Below, one piece after another: positions 28,734-38,142 of a stretch of DNA of 64,000 nt; the stretch's first letter is position 1; every line of letters begins with the position of its first letter. The DNA lies in contig AWSN01000001.1 of assembly GCA_000505065.1 (NCBI GenBank), forward strand, positions 559,929 to 623,928, in the 5' to 3' direction. A model generated the notes under the pieces. That model saw only the letters and a list, made by a program, of their open reading frames with translations, was not told where the DNA came from and did no database searches. Both the position numbers and the translations under genes were made by a program. The stretch is from Parcubacteria bacterium RAAC4_OD1_1 (GTDB lineage: Bacteria > Patescibacteriota > Minisyncoccia > Phycocordibacterales > UBA9973).

Positions 28734-29606
28734 ATGATTAAAATAAGTAAAAAATTTCAAAATATCTTAGACCTGAAAAAAACTTTTGATTCATTAAAAC
28801 AAGGGAAAGAGTCTCTTTTAAAAATAATTGATGAGGTAGAACTTGCCGAATCTGTTTATAATTCAAATGCAATAGAAAACTCAACACTCACTCTTCCTGA
28901 TACAGAAAAAATTCTTTTAGATTTAGAAGTTTCAAAAAATTATTCCCTTCGAGAAGTTTTTGAAGCTAAAAATTTAGCTCGTGTTTATGAGTACATAAAA
29001 GCCAAAAAAGAAAATATTATATTAAAACAAGAAACAATACTTTTTATACATAGTTTATTAATTGGTGGTATAAATGATTATATTGCTGGACGTTTTAGAC
29101 AATCTGGAGAATTTGTACGAGTAGGGAAACATATAGCACCAGCTCCTGAGCATATAGTCAGAATGATAGAAGTGCTACTTAATGAATACAAAACGGATTA
29201 TGAACCAAATATCTTAAAAAAGATAGCATATTTTCATTTAAATTTTGAACATATTCATCCATTTAATGATGGAAATGGTCGTATCGGAAGAGTCCTTGTT
29301 AATTTACAACTTCAAGAATTTGGTTATCCAAATATAATTATTCGCAATAAAGAAAAACATATTTATTATAAAACATTTATTTATTTTAAAGATAAAAAAT
29401 CAACTAAAGAAATGGAACAAGTTTTATATTTAGCTCTTTCTGAAAGCTTAAATAAAAGAATAGCCTATCTTAAGGGATTAGAAATTATAAAATTAGCAGA
29501 TTATGCGAAAAAGAAAAAAGTTTCTTTATCTAGTTTAATCAATTCTGCTAGAAGGCAAACCATTAGAGCATTTCGAGAAAAAGGTATTTGGAAGATTGGA
29601 ATTTAA
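28734..29606 (+). CDS. Fic family protein with putative C-terminal HTH
   Basis: SNAIEN, HPFNDGNGRIGR Fic motif. Confidence 0.92.
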   Translation: MIKISKKFQNILDLKKTFDSLKQGKESLLKIIDEVELAESVYNSNAIENSTLTLPDTEKILLDLEVSKNYSLREVFEAKNLARVYEYIKAKKENIILKQETILFIHSLLIGGINDYIAGRFRQSGEFVRVGKHIAPAPEHIVRMIEVLLNEYKTDYEPNILKKIAYFHLNFEHIHPFNDGNGRIGRVLVNLQLQEFGYPNIIIRNKEKHIYYKTFIYFKDKKSTKEMEQVLYLALSESLNKRIAYLKGLEIIKLADYAKKKKVSLSSLINSARRQTIRAFREKGIWKIGI

Positions 29607-29745
29607 TTTTATATTTGAAATATTTTAATAAACATTAAATATTTGTTTAAAATTATACAATGAAAACATTTTTCCTTGTATTATCTATCTATGTGTGTTA
29701 ACCTGGGAATAGGGTCGTATTTTGCTAGTTAATTTGAAAAACATT

Positions 29746-29853
29746 ATGGACGAAAATACACAAAACACAAATGAGACAACAGATACACCAGTAGTTTCAG
29801 AAGAAACAACTGAAGAAGCTACTCCTGAAACAACAGAAGAAGCTCAACAATAA
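29746..29853 (+). CDS. acidic microprotein (35 aa, not in ORF track)
   Basis: MDENTQNTNETTDTPVVSEETTEEATPETTEEAQQ followed by a terminator at 29872-29905. Confidence 0.45.
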   Translation: MDENTQNTNETTDTPVVSEETTEEATPETTEEAQQ

Positions 29854-29910
29854 AAATAATTTATTTTTATAAAACCCCTCTCTATCTTATGCTAGAGAGG
29901 GGTTTGCGTT

Positions 29911-31479
29911 TTATTCCTCGTCTTTAATTTTTGGTAATTTAACAAAGAAAGAAGCTCCCTTGTCACGACCTTCTGATTCTACCCAGATTTTACCACCAAT
30001 CTTTCCCAATACAGTTTTTGATAAATAAAGTCCGATTCCCATACCTTCAGTATGAGCTTTTTTACCTTCATCTGATCTATAAAAATTAGTAAATATATAT
30101 TTTCTATCTTTTTCTTCAAGTCCTATACCCGTATTTTCTATTTTAATTATTATATTGTTTTCATCTGGGTGAATAGCCTCAATTTCTATTTTGCCACCTT
30201 CTTTGTTGTATATTATTGCATTGTCTATAATCGTCTGAAATACAAATTTAAGTTTATTTTCATGAGCAAATACAAAATCTTCAAAATTATGAATAGGGGA
30301 TACATTTATTTTTTTTATTTTCATTATTTCATTACTCTCATCTATTATTTTTACTATCATATCTCTCAGATTTATTTTTATTAAATGATTTTCAATTACT
30401 TTTCTGTCATAATCAGCCACACTCACAAGTAGGTTTGTAAGGCTTATAAGGTTGTTGGCTGATCTTTTGATCCCCTCCACATCTCCTTTTAAATTTTCTG
30501 GTATTGATTTAATCAAATCCTCACTATACCATTTGATGGCTGTTAGTGGTGTCCTAAATTTATGAGTAATTACTTTGATGAATTCATATTTAAGGAAATC
30601 TGATTCTCGTATTTTTTTCCAAAAGAACAAAAGACCAGATGTTATTATAAATGCCATCAAAATAGAGGAAACCCATCTAGGGAAGTTTGTGCTACCTTGT
30701 ATTATTAGAGTATTTATATAATTTAAAAGAACTAGCATTAAACCAAAAACAGCACTTGTGATTATATAAATAAATGATTTTTTGGCAATAATTTTTACAT
30801 CCATAAGTTCATATTGGACTGCAGCATAAGTAAGAGGAATAGCAAAAAGTGGAATAAAAAGGAATGCCCAAAGAGGGTTTACTTGTATATTATAAACAAG
30901 CAAAAAGTCTATTGAACCAAATAGGTATCCAAAGAAAAGAGCTATTCCAAAATATTTAATTCTATTTTTTTCAACAAAGTTTGCTATTTTATAGGCTTTC
31001 CATAATATATAAAAAGAATACACCACCATTAAAAAGAAAAATATGAGCATAAGGAAATATTGAGGACCTGCTTCATAATAATTTGGAAAATACATTTTTG
31101 GTTCTGACGTTAAAAGATATTTTAGAGGATTTAAAATAAAATATATTACGAGCCCAATCCCTATAGTATAGAAACTAATAATAATTTTTCTTTGTTCTTT
31201 TAATTGTTTTATAAAAGCAAGTGTTGTATGAGTAGTAAAAACAGGAAGAAGTGTCACTATGACGTTAAACATAAGAATTCTCCTTGAAAGTTCACTATCA
31301 TATACGGAAACCCCAATTATTTGAGATAATTCAAATATGATAGTACAGAAAAGTGCCATAATGAGAGCCATTTTAGCTACTCCTTTTTCTGCTTTTAAAA
31401 AAAGGAAAATTATCATATAAGACGATAATAAAAAACTAAAGAAAAATAATAAATTGTGCATTAATAAATTTATATTCAT
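29911..31479 (-). CDS. multi-TM sensor histidine kinase
   Basis: Multiple TM helices; THKFRTPLT H-box, IIDNAIIYN, NTGIG, GMGIGLYL, GASF. Confidence 0.92.
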   Translation of the reverse strand: MNINLLMHNLLFFFSFLLSSYMIIFLFLKAEKGVAKMALIMALFCTIIFELSQIIGVSVYDSELSRRILMFNVIVTLLPVFTTHTTLAFIKQLKEQRKIIISFYTIGIGLVIYFILNPLKYLLTSEPKMYFPNYYEAGPQYFLMLIFFFLMVVYSFYILWKAYKIANFVEKNRIKYFGIALFFGYLFGSIDFLLVYNIQVNPLWAFLFIPLFAIPLTYAAVQYELMDVKIIAKKSFIYIITSAVFGLMLVLLNYINTLIIQGSTNFPRWVSSILMAFIITSGLLFFWKKIRESDFLKYEFIKVITHKFRTPLTAIKWYSEDLIKSIPENLKGDVEGIKRSANNLISLTNLLVSVADYDRKVIENHLIKINLRDMIVKIIDESNEIMKIKKINVSPIHNFEDFVFAHENKLKFVFQTIIDNAIIYNKEGGKIEIEAIHPDENNIIIKIENTGIGLEEKDRKYIFTNFYRSDEGKKAHTEGMGIGLYLSKTVLGKIGGKIWVESEGRDKGASFFVKLPKIKDEE

Positions 31480-31562
31480 ATATTAAATTGTATCATAATG
31501 ACACTTTGACTACAAAGTATAAATGTGTGTTTATCTTTAAAATAGTTTATAATATCTTCTGT

Positions 31563-32045
31563 ATGAATAAGAATAATAAATTAAAAGTCTTAATACTTCC
31601 CAATATTCGTTCGGCGATAAATGTCGGAGCGATTTTCCGTACTGCCGATGCTCTTGGTATAGATATGGTATATCTCGTAGGGGTGACTCCAAGACCTACA
31701 GATAAATTTGGCAGAATCCAAAAAGATATTAAAAAAAGCGCCTTAGGGGCTGAAGAATTTGTAAAATGGGAATATAAAGAAAAATTACTTCCACTTTTAA
31801 ACAAACTTAGAAAAGATAATTATTTTATTGTGGCGATAGAGCAAGGTAAAAATTCTAAAGATTATAGAAAAATAAAAATAAAAGAAAAAACAGCTTTTAT
31901 TCTTGGAGAAGAAGTTTATGGTATAAAAGAAAATATTTTAGATAAATGTGATGCAATAGCTGAAATACCTATGCATGGTAAAAAAGAGTCCTTAAATGTA
32001 TCTGTAGCCTGTGGGGTAGCATTATTTAGGATGATGTATCTGTAA
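31563..32045 (+). CDS. TrmH/SpoU family RNA methyltransferase
   Basis: NVGAIFRTADA, ILGEEVYG, IPMHGKKESLNVSVA. Confidence 0.92.
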   Translation: MNKNNKLKVLILPNIRSAINVGAIFRTADALGIDMVYLVGVTPRPTDKFGRIQKDIKKSALGAEEFVKWEYKEKLLPLLNKLRKDNYFIVAIEQGKNSKDYRKIKIKEKTAFILGEEVYGIKENILDKCDAIAEIPMHGKKESLNVSVACGVALFRMMYL

Positions 32046-32046
32046 A

Positions 32047-32229
32047 TTATCGGAGTGGGTAGCTTACCGCCTCCTCATAAACTGGTTTTATAAGAGGAGT
32101 AGAATCTTCACCGTATCTGGTACCTCCTGTAAGAATCCATATTACAAAAATAATAATTAGAAATATTATAACCTGTAAACCAAATGGCATTTCACCGCCG
32201 TTATAATTTTTGAATTTTTTATTAGACAT
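32047..32229 (-). CDS. small membrane protein
   Basis: Single TM ending WILTGG. Confidence 0.55.
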   Translation of the reverse strand: MSNKKFKNYNGGEMPFGLQVIIFLIIIFVIWILTGGTRYGEDSTPLIKPVYEEAVSYPLR

Positions 32230-32237
32230 AAATATAT

Positions 32238-33176
32238 TTATATAAATTTTTGATGTGTGTTGCAAAAGTGAGCACTGCGACCATTTATAACTTTTCTTAT
32301 TATAACACCTTTACAATTTTTTTGTCCGCATTTATCTCCTTTTTTCTTATAGACATTGTGGTGATTTTGGAAATTTCCCCTTTCCCCATATATGTTTCTA
32401 TAATCAGACATTGAATCTCCACCGAAATCTATTCCTTTTTTCAAGATGTTTTTCATATTCTCAAACATTTTTTTGAAATCCTTTTTATTCATATTGATTG
32501 GTTTTGATTCTGGATGTATTCCTGAAGCCCACAATATTTCGTCAGAATAAATGTTGCCAATACCGGAAATAATATGTTGATCCATAAGTATAGTTTTTAT
32601 ATTTTTATTTATTTTTATTAGTCTTTCTGTAAATTTTTTTAAATCAAAGTCTTTATCAAGTGGTTCGGGTCCTAGATTACAAATCCCATGATTTATTTTA
32701 TCTTCGTCATTTTCAAGCAAGGTGACTTTCCCAAATTTTCTACTATCACTCATTACTAAATGTTTATTATTGTTTAGAGAAAAAACCACATGTACAAATC
32801 TGTTGTATTTATCATGGAGAGATTTCTTTTCATTTTCATCTGGTATCCATTTTTCTACTTTCCTGTTAATACTTATTACTTTATTATATCTCCCATAGAG
32901 TAAATGCCCAGTCATTTTTAGATGAATAAGTATGGTTTTGTTATTTTGTAGGTGAATCAATATATTCTTTGCTTTTCTTTCTATCCCTATTATCTTTTGT
33001 CTAATTATTTTTTTCTTAAATTTTTTAAAAAATATATCATTTTTGATTGTGTTTTTAAATTGTTTTATTTTTTGATCTTTTTTTGCCAAATCTGTCCAAA
33101 CATCAGAAATAACAAGACCCCTTACAGTCTTTTTAAGTCCATTTACTGTTGTTGTAACTTCTGGGAGTTCTGGCAT
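32238..33176 (-). CDS. mutM: formamidopyrimidine-DNA glycosylase
   Basis: MPELPEV, HLKMTG, DSRKFG, LGPEP, GIGNIYSDE, C-terminal zinc-finger-like region. Confidence 0.96.
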   Translation of the reverse strand: MPELPEVTTTVNGLKKTVRGLVISDVWTDLAKKDQKIKQFKNTIKNDIFFKKFKKKIIRQKIIGIERKAKNILIHLQNNKTILIHLKMTGHLLYGRYNKVISINRKVEKWIPDENEKKSLHDKYNRFVHVVFSLNNNKHLVMSDSRKFGKVTLLENDEDKINHGICNLGPEPLDKDFDLKKFTERLIKINKNIKTILMDQHIISGIGNIYSDEILWASGIHPESKPINMNKKDFKKMFENMKNILKKGIDFGGDSMSDYRNIYGERGNFQNHHNVYKKKGDKCGQKNCKGVIIRKVINGRSAHFCNTHQKFI

Positions 33177-33181
33177 AAGTG

Positions 33182-33757
33182 TTAATGGTTATTTAAAATT
33201 CTTAGAGCTTCTTTTATTTTTTCGTTAGTTTTTTCTATTTCAGGTGAAATTTTCTTTACTACTTCGCGAGCTTCTGTTTGTGAATATCCAAGAGATTTAA
33301 GTGCTTCTATAATATCTCCTTCATCACGAAGAGATTTCTCCCCATTTTCATTTTTGTAAGACTGGAGCTTGTCTCGTAATTCGACAACAATTTTCTCAGC
33401 AGTTTTCCTTCCTATACCAGAGACTTTGTTTAAATAGCTTGTATCTCCTGTGGATATTGCACGAGCTAGATTTTCTACTGGCGCTATATTTAATATTCCC
33501 AGAGCAGATTTTGGTCCAATCCCAGACACAGAAAGCAACATTTCAAAAAATGATAAATCCTCATTATTTATAAATCCGTATAAGTCTATAGAATTTTCTC
33601 GGACAGCAGTATATATAAAGAGTATTACTTCATCTTCCTCTTTGGATTTAGATAAGGTTTCATTTGATACATATACTTTATATCCAACACCAGAGACATC
33701 AATAAGGATAAATTTATCCCCAGTAAATACAATATTTCCTTTTAATCTTCCTATCAT
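33182..33757 (-). CDS. ruvA: Holliday junction DNA helicase subunit RuvA
   Basis: MIGRLKG, GVGY, LYGF, VSGIGPK, GIGRKTAEKI, LGYS. Confidence 0.96.
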   Translation of the reverse strand: MIGRLKGNIVFTGDKFILIDVSGVGYKVYVSNETLSKSKEEDEVILFIYTAVRENSIDLYGFINNEDLSFFEMLLSVSGIGPKSALGILNIAPVENLARAISTGDTSYLNKVSGIGRKTAEKIVVELRDKLQSYKNENGEKSLRDEGDIIEALKSLGYSQTEAREVVKKISPEIEKTNEKIKEALRILNNH

Positions 33758-33850
33758 ATATATGATAATATCAAATATTGATATTTTTTGCTATTTCTGG
33801 TATTGTAAAGAAGTCTCAGTCTATTTAATTAATATTAAGTATATAAAATT

Positions 33851-34105
33851 ATGCCAATTACAAAATCAGCAAAAAAGGCACTAAGATCATCTGCTAAAAA
33901 AAGAGCTGTTAATGATCGTAACAAAAAGGTAGTCAAAGAATCAATTAAAGGTATTGAAAAGCTTGTTAAAGAAAAGAAAAAAGATGAAGCAAAAAAGCTT
34001 TTACCAAAAGCTTACAGTGCTATAGATAAAGCTTATAAAAAAGGAGTTATAAAGAAGAATAATGCATCTCGCAAGAAATCTCGTCTTTCACGAATTACAA
34101 AATAA
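33851..34105 (+). CDS. rpsT: 30S ribosomal protein S20
   Basis: MPITKSAKKALR...IDKA..KGVIKKNNASRKKSRL. Confidence 0.96.
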   Translation: MPITKSAKKALRSSAKKRAVNDRNKKVVKESIKGIEKLVKEKKKDEAKKLLPKAYSAIDKAYKKGVIKKNNASRKKSRLSRITK

Positions 34106-34114
34106 GTATTTAGA

Positions 34115-34145
34115 AACAATTCCCCGATTTATCGGGGAATTGTTT
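34115..34145 (+). terminator. intrinsic terminator
   Basis: aaacaattccccga-tt-atcggggaattgttt. Confidence 0.7.
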
Positions 34146-34174
34146 ATTTTGAGTAGGTGAGTATAATTATGTAT

Positions 34175-34441
34175 ATGCAAGATCTTATATTTTTTTATGG
34201 AGAGGGGTGCTCGTATTGTGTAGATATGGAAGAGAAAATTGATACTCTAATCAAAGAAGGTTTTAATATTTCTAAATTAGAAGTTTGGAACAATATGAAA
34301 AATGATGCTTTTTTAGAAAAGTTAGATAATGGAGAAGAGATTTGTGGTGGTGTGCCTTTTCTTATAAATAATAAATCTGGTAAAAGGATTTGTGGAGAGG
34401 CAACACTTGACGAACTTCGTTCTTGGGCCAAAGGAGAATAG
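34175..34441 (+). CDS. thioredoxin/glutaredoxin-like protein
   Basis: FFYGEGCSYC, GVPF. Confidence 0.85.
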   Translation: MQDLIFFYGEGCSYCVDMEEKIDTLIKEGFNISKLEVWNNMKNDAFLEKLDNGEEICGGVPFLINNKSGKRICGEATLDELRSWAKGE

Positions 34442-34462
34442 TTATTAATAATCTAAAAATTT

Positions 34463-35716
34463 ATGAAAAAGTTTATTGTTATCTTTTTGTTTGTATTATC
34501 ATTTTTGCAATTTGCAAAAATTTCTTATGCCGAAGAATTAAATGCTTATTTTTTCTATGGGCAAGGTTGTCCTCACTGTGCTAAAGAAGAAGTTTTTCTC
34601 GATAGTATCAAAGATAAATACCCCACACTTCAAATAAATACTTTTGAAGTTTATTACAATAAAGAGAATGGGGAATTGATGTCTAAAGTTTCAAAGATTT
34701 TAGGAGTAACTGCAAACGGTGTCCCATTTTTTGTGCTTGGTGATAAATCCTTTATTGGATTTTCAGAAAGTGTAACTCCAAGGGAAATTGAGACAAGGAT
34801 TAATGAATGTATAGTAAATACTTGTTCTGATTCTATAAAATCTTTAATCATTAAACCTCAAGTTATAACAGAAATTCAAAAAGAAAATATTGAAATAAAA
34901 AGTAGTGAAGTAGTAGATACAGCAAGTGTAGAAATAAAAACAGAAGGTAATATTAACAAGGAGAAAGAAAAAATTATAGATGTCCCATTTTTAGGAGAAT
35001 TAAATGTTTATGATTTTTCCCTACCTTTTATTACACTTGTCCTTGGACTTTTGGATGGGTTTAATCCTTGTGCTATGTGGACCCTCATCTTTCTTATAAG
35101 TTTGCTTCTTGGAATGGAAAATAAAAAAAGAATGTGGACACTAGGGATTGCCTTTATTGTTGTTTCTGGTGCAGTTTACTTTTTGTTTATGTCGGCTTGG
35201 CTAAACCTCATTCTTTTTCTTGGGTTTATAGCAATTGTTCGGATTATCATTGGACTCGTGGCTCTCTTTGGGGGAGGTTACTCACTTCGAGAATTCTTTA
35301 TAAATAAAGAGAATGTTTGTAAAGTCGGGGATGAAAATAAAAAAGAAAAAGTTTTTGAAAGATTAAAAATAATTACAAAAAAGAATAATCTTTTTATTGC
35401 TCTTTCGGGGATAATTTTACTTGCTTTTGTCGTGAATCTGATCGAGCTTGTTTGCTCGGCTGGGCTTCCTGCAGTGTACACACAGATACTTGCTATGAAT
35501 GATTTACCAAAAGCTGGATATTATTTGTATATACTTTTGTATATTTTTTTCTTTATGCTTGATGATCTTTTTGTTTTCATCATAGCGATGGTGACACTTC
35601 GTATGACAGGACTCAGTGGCAAGTATGCAAGGTTTTCTCATCTTATCGGCGGAACCATAATGATCATTATTGGTGTTTTTCTCATATTTAAGCCCGAGTG
35701 GTTGATGTTTGGATAA
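34463..35716 (+). CDS. glutaredoxin-domain membrane protein (CcdA/DsbD-like TM region)
   Basis: CPHC, GVPF, DGFNPCAMW, ELVCSAGLP. Confidence 0.85.
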   Translation: MKKFIVIFLFVLSFLQFAKISYAEELNAYFFYGQGCPHCAKEEVFLDSIKDKYPTLQINTFEVYYNKENGELMSKVSKILGVTANGVPFFVLGDKSFIGFSESVTPREIETRINECIVNTCSDSIKSLIIKPQVITEIQKENIEIKSSEVVDTASVEIKTEGNINKEKEKIIDVPFLGELNVYDFSLPFITLVLGLLDGFNPCAMWTLIFLISLLLGMENKKRMWTLGIAFIVVSGAVYFLFMSAWLNLILFLGFIAIVRIIIGLVALFGGGYSLREFFINKENVCKVGDENKKEKVFERLKIITKKNNLFIALSGIILLAFVVNLIELVCSAGLPAVYTQILAMNDLPKAGYYLYILLYIFFFMLDDLFVFIIAMVTLRMTGLSGKYARFSHLIGGTIMIIIGVFLIFKPEWLMFG

Positions 35717-35741
35717 AATTATTATTAATTAAAAAATATTT

Positions 35742-36140
35742 ATGAAAAATTCTTATAATTGGTACCAGACTCTTGTGAAGCCCACTTGGGCGCCACCATC
35801 ATGGCTTTTTGGGCCGGTGTGGAGTGTCCTTTATGTGCTCATTGCCATTTCTTTTGGTAGTGTGTTTGTAAAATTCTTCCAAAAGAAAATTCCTTTTATT
35901 GTAATCTTGCCATTTATTTTAAATTTAATTTTTAATTTCACTTTCACTTATTTTCAATTCGGATTAAAGAGTAATATTTTGGCAATGATAGACATCCTCC
36001 TAGTCCTTATTACTCTCATCTGGGCGATGCTCGCTATTTACCCATATATGAAATGGGTAGCACTTATAAACATCCCATATCTTCTTTGGGTTTCTTTTGC
36101 GACAGTTCTCCAAATCACGATTACTGTTTTAAATAAATAA
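35742..36140 (+). CDS. tspO: TspO/MBR family protein
   Basis: WYQTLVKPTWAPPSWLFGPVWSVLY, PYLLWVSFA. Confidence 0.92.
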   Translation: MKNSYNWYQTLVKPTWAPPSWLFGPVWSVLYVLIAISFGSVFVKFFQKKIPFIVILPFILNLIFNFTFTYFQFGLKSNILAMIDILLVLITLIWAMLAIYPYMKWVALINIPYLLWVSFATVLQITITVLNK

Positions 36141-36176
36141 TTTAAAATTTTAGTAGTCCGACTACTAAAATTTTAA
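36135..36176. repeat. palindrome with AGT-CCG-ACT core, copy 1
   Basis: ttaaaattttagtagt-ccg-actactaaaattttaa. Confidence 0.8.
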
Positions 36177-36283
36177 TCTGTGTTATAATTTTACTTTAAA
36201 TAATATGAATTGAAAGAAAAGTATTCCCTCGTTTGTACTATTAATATAAAGGTCGTATTAATAGATATTAAACAACAAATACA

Positions 36284-36670
36284 ATGAATAAAAAAACATT
36301 AGCATTGATAGGGGTTTCGACTTTAGCACTAGGTGCAGTAGTCCTTTCACCGAGCTTTATAGAAGCTTACCGTGGGGACATAAATGTAAAAGGTCCAAAT
36401 TATACAGCCGAGAGACATGAAGCAATGGAGAAGGCTTTTGAAACTAAAGACTTTACAGCATGGCAGAAGCTTATGGAAGGCAGGGGCAGAGTTACACAAG
36501 TTATAAACAAAGACAACTTTGCAAAGTTTGCAGAAATTCACGAGCTTTTAGAAGATGGCAAAAAGGATGAAGCAAATAAATTAAGAGCGGAGCTTGGACT
36601 TGGATTACAAAATGGTATGGGCCAAGGCAAGGGAATGGGCCAAGGTATGGGTAGGATGAATAATCGTTAA
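36284..36670 (+). CDS. exported hypothetical protein
   Basis: Signal peptide; Gly/Met-rich tail GMGQGKGMG. Confidence 0.75.
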   Translation: MNKKTLALIGVSTLALGAVVLSPSFIEAYRGDINVKGPNYTAERHEAMEKAFETKDFTAWQKLMEGRGRVTQVINKDNFAKFAEIHELLEDGKKDEANKLRAELGLGLQNGMGQGKGMGQGMGRMNNR

Positions 36671-36726
36671 AACTAATTTTAATTCAAAAGCCCTGAAGTG
36701 TCGGGGCTTTGGGTTAAATATATTAA

Positions 36727-37269
36727 ATGTTTGAATACAAAAATAAAACAGATGAAGAAGTTGTCTCTTATGTCCAATCAGAATATCAGGAGTTTTATTT
36801 TGTGATAGTAGATAGATATAAAGACAAGCTCTCCCGCTATGTGGGTTCAATGACCAAGGATGAAGTGAAAACGAGGGATATAGTACAGGAAACTTTTATA
36901 AAAGCATTTATAAATTTAAGAGGTTTTGATAAGAATAAAAAGTTTTCAAGTTGGATATATCGTATCGCTCACAATGAAGCAATAAATACACTCAAGAAGA
37001 ATTATAGAGAAATTCCTTTTGAAGAAGATTTTGATATAAAAAGTGAAGAAGACATTGTTCTTGATTTTGAAAAGAAGGAAATATCAAAAAAACTGGATAA
37101 ATGTATAAATGATATGCCACTTATTTACAGAGAGTCACTCGTCCTTTATTTTATAGAAGAGAAATCATATGAAGAAATAAGCGACATCATCCGTATCCCT
37201 ATGGGGACTGTCGCCACGAGGATTAATAGGGCAAAAATTTTAATGAAAAAAATATGTCAAAAGAATTAA
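36727..37269 (+). CDS. ECF RNA polymerase sigma factor
   Basis: DIVQETFIKAF, FSSWIYRIAHN, SYEEIS..IPMGTVATRINRAK. Confidence 0.93.
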   Translation: MFEYKNKTDEEVVSYVQSEYQEFYFVIVDRYKDKLSRYVGSMTKDEVKTRDIVQETFIKAFINLRGFDKNKKFSSWIYRIAHNEAINTLKKNYREIPFEEDFDIKSEEDIVLDFEKKEISKKLDKCINDMPLIYRESLVLYFIEEKSYEEISDIIRIPMGTVATRINRAKILMKKICQKN

Positions 37270-37733
37270 ACAAAACAACAGAAGAAATAATGGAGAAAAT
37301 AAAAAAGGGGCATATAAAGATGCGCCCAAGAGTTTATTTTGTAATGGGTTACATTCTCACTATATTGGGTGCTGTCTTTTCATTTGTCACTTCTGTATTT
37401 TTTATTGGATTAACTCGGTTTGCGATTCGGGCCCATGGGCCGATGGCAGGGTATCGCTTGGACCAAATACTTTCTAGTTTTTCTTGGTGGATACCAGCAC
37501 TAGCAGTGCTCGGTATAGTCTCCGGAGTTTATATATTAAAGAAGTATGACTTTTCTTACAAAATAAATTTTAAATTATTTATCATCGGACTTTTGGCATC
37601 CATACTAATTGCAGGGTATGTGATAGACCTCACAGGACTAAACGATTCCCTAGCCCGCCGTGGTGGCAAATGGAAAGAGGGGAGGCAATTCCAAAAACTA
37701 AATAATCCTCAAGGGGAAGGGTTTAGGAGATAG
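37254..37733 (+). CDS. putative anti-sigma membrane protein
   Basis: Three TM helices; overlaps the ECF sigma 3' end. Confidence 0.6.
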   Translation: MSKELNKTTEEIMEKIKKGHIKMRPRVYFVMGYILTILGAVFSFVTSVFFIGLTRFAIRAHGPMAGYRLDQILSSFSWWIPALAVLGIVSGVYILKKYDFSYKINFKLFIIGLLASILIAGYVIDLTGLNDSLARRGGKWKEGRQFQKLNNPQGEGFRR

Positions 37734-37734
37734 A

Positions 37735-37771
37735 ATTTTAGTAGTCCGACTACTAAAATTTTAAATTATTT
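37735..37771. repeat. palindrome with AGT-CCG-ACT core, copy 2
   Basis: aattttagtagt-ccg-actactaaaattttaaattattt. Confidence 0.8.
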
Positions 37772-37813
37772 GGTTTATTTTTATGGATAGGTTATAATAT
37801 AAACACAATTAAA

Positions 37814-37932
37814 TAGTTTGATATCAAGAGTATGGCGAGAGTACTGGCTCGAAGACCCATCAGCAACCCTTAGAAATAAGAAGGTGCTAAATCCAGCCAA
37901 TAGCAGAAATGTTATATGGAAAGATAAGACTA
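37814..37932 (+). ncRNA. SAM-I family riboswitch aptamer (second copy)
   Basis: Same consensus as 17073-17190, with compensatory change atagtg-gaaa-cactat vs atagca-gaaa-tgttat. Confidence 0.88.
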
Positions 37933-37943
37933 GTCATCTATCT

Positions 37944-37966
37944 TTCCTCATTATGAGGAATTTTTT
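37944..37966 (+). terminator. riboswitch expression-platform terminator
   Basis: ttcctca-tta-tgaggaa-tttttt. Confidence 0.8.
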
Positions 37967-37980
37967 AATTTAAAAGGTAT

Positions 37981-38064
37981 ATGCAACAATTTTTAATTGC
38001 ACTTGCGATAGTTTTTATTCCTATGGTCTTTGGGGGAATATTATATTTAGTTTATATGAAATAA
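37981..38064 (+). CDS. 27-aa hydrophobic peptide downstream of the SAM riboswitch (not in ORF track)
   Basis: MQQFLIALAIVFIPMVFGGILYLVYMK; ATG at the same offset from the terminator as the metK ATG in copy 1. Confidence 0.55.
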   Translation: MQQFLIALAIVFIPMVFGGILYLVYMK

Positions 38065-38142
38065 GATGAAAACCCCGTATTTTGGGGGTCCAAGATTAAA
38101 TTGTAAAAAAGTTGGAAGTATGAGAGAATAATAATATAATTT

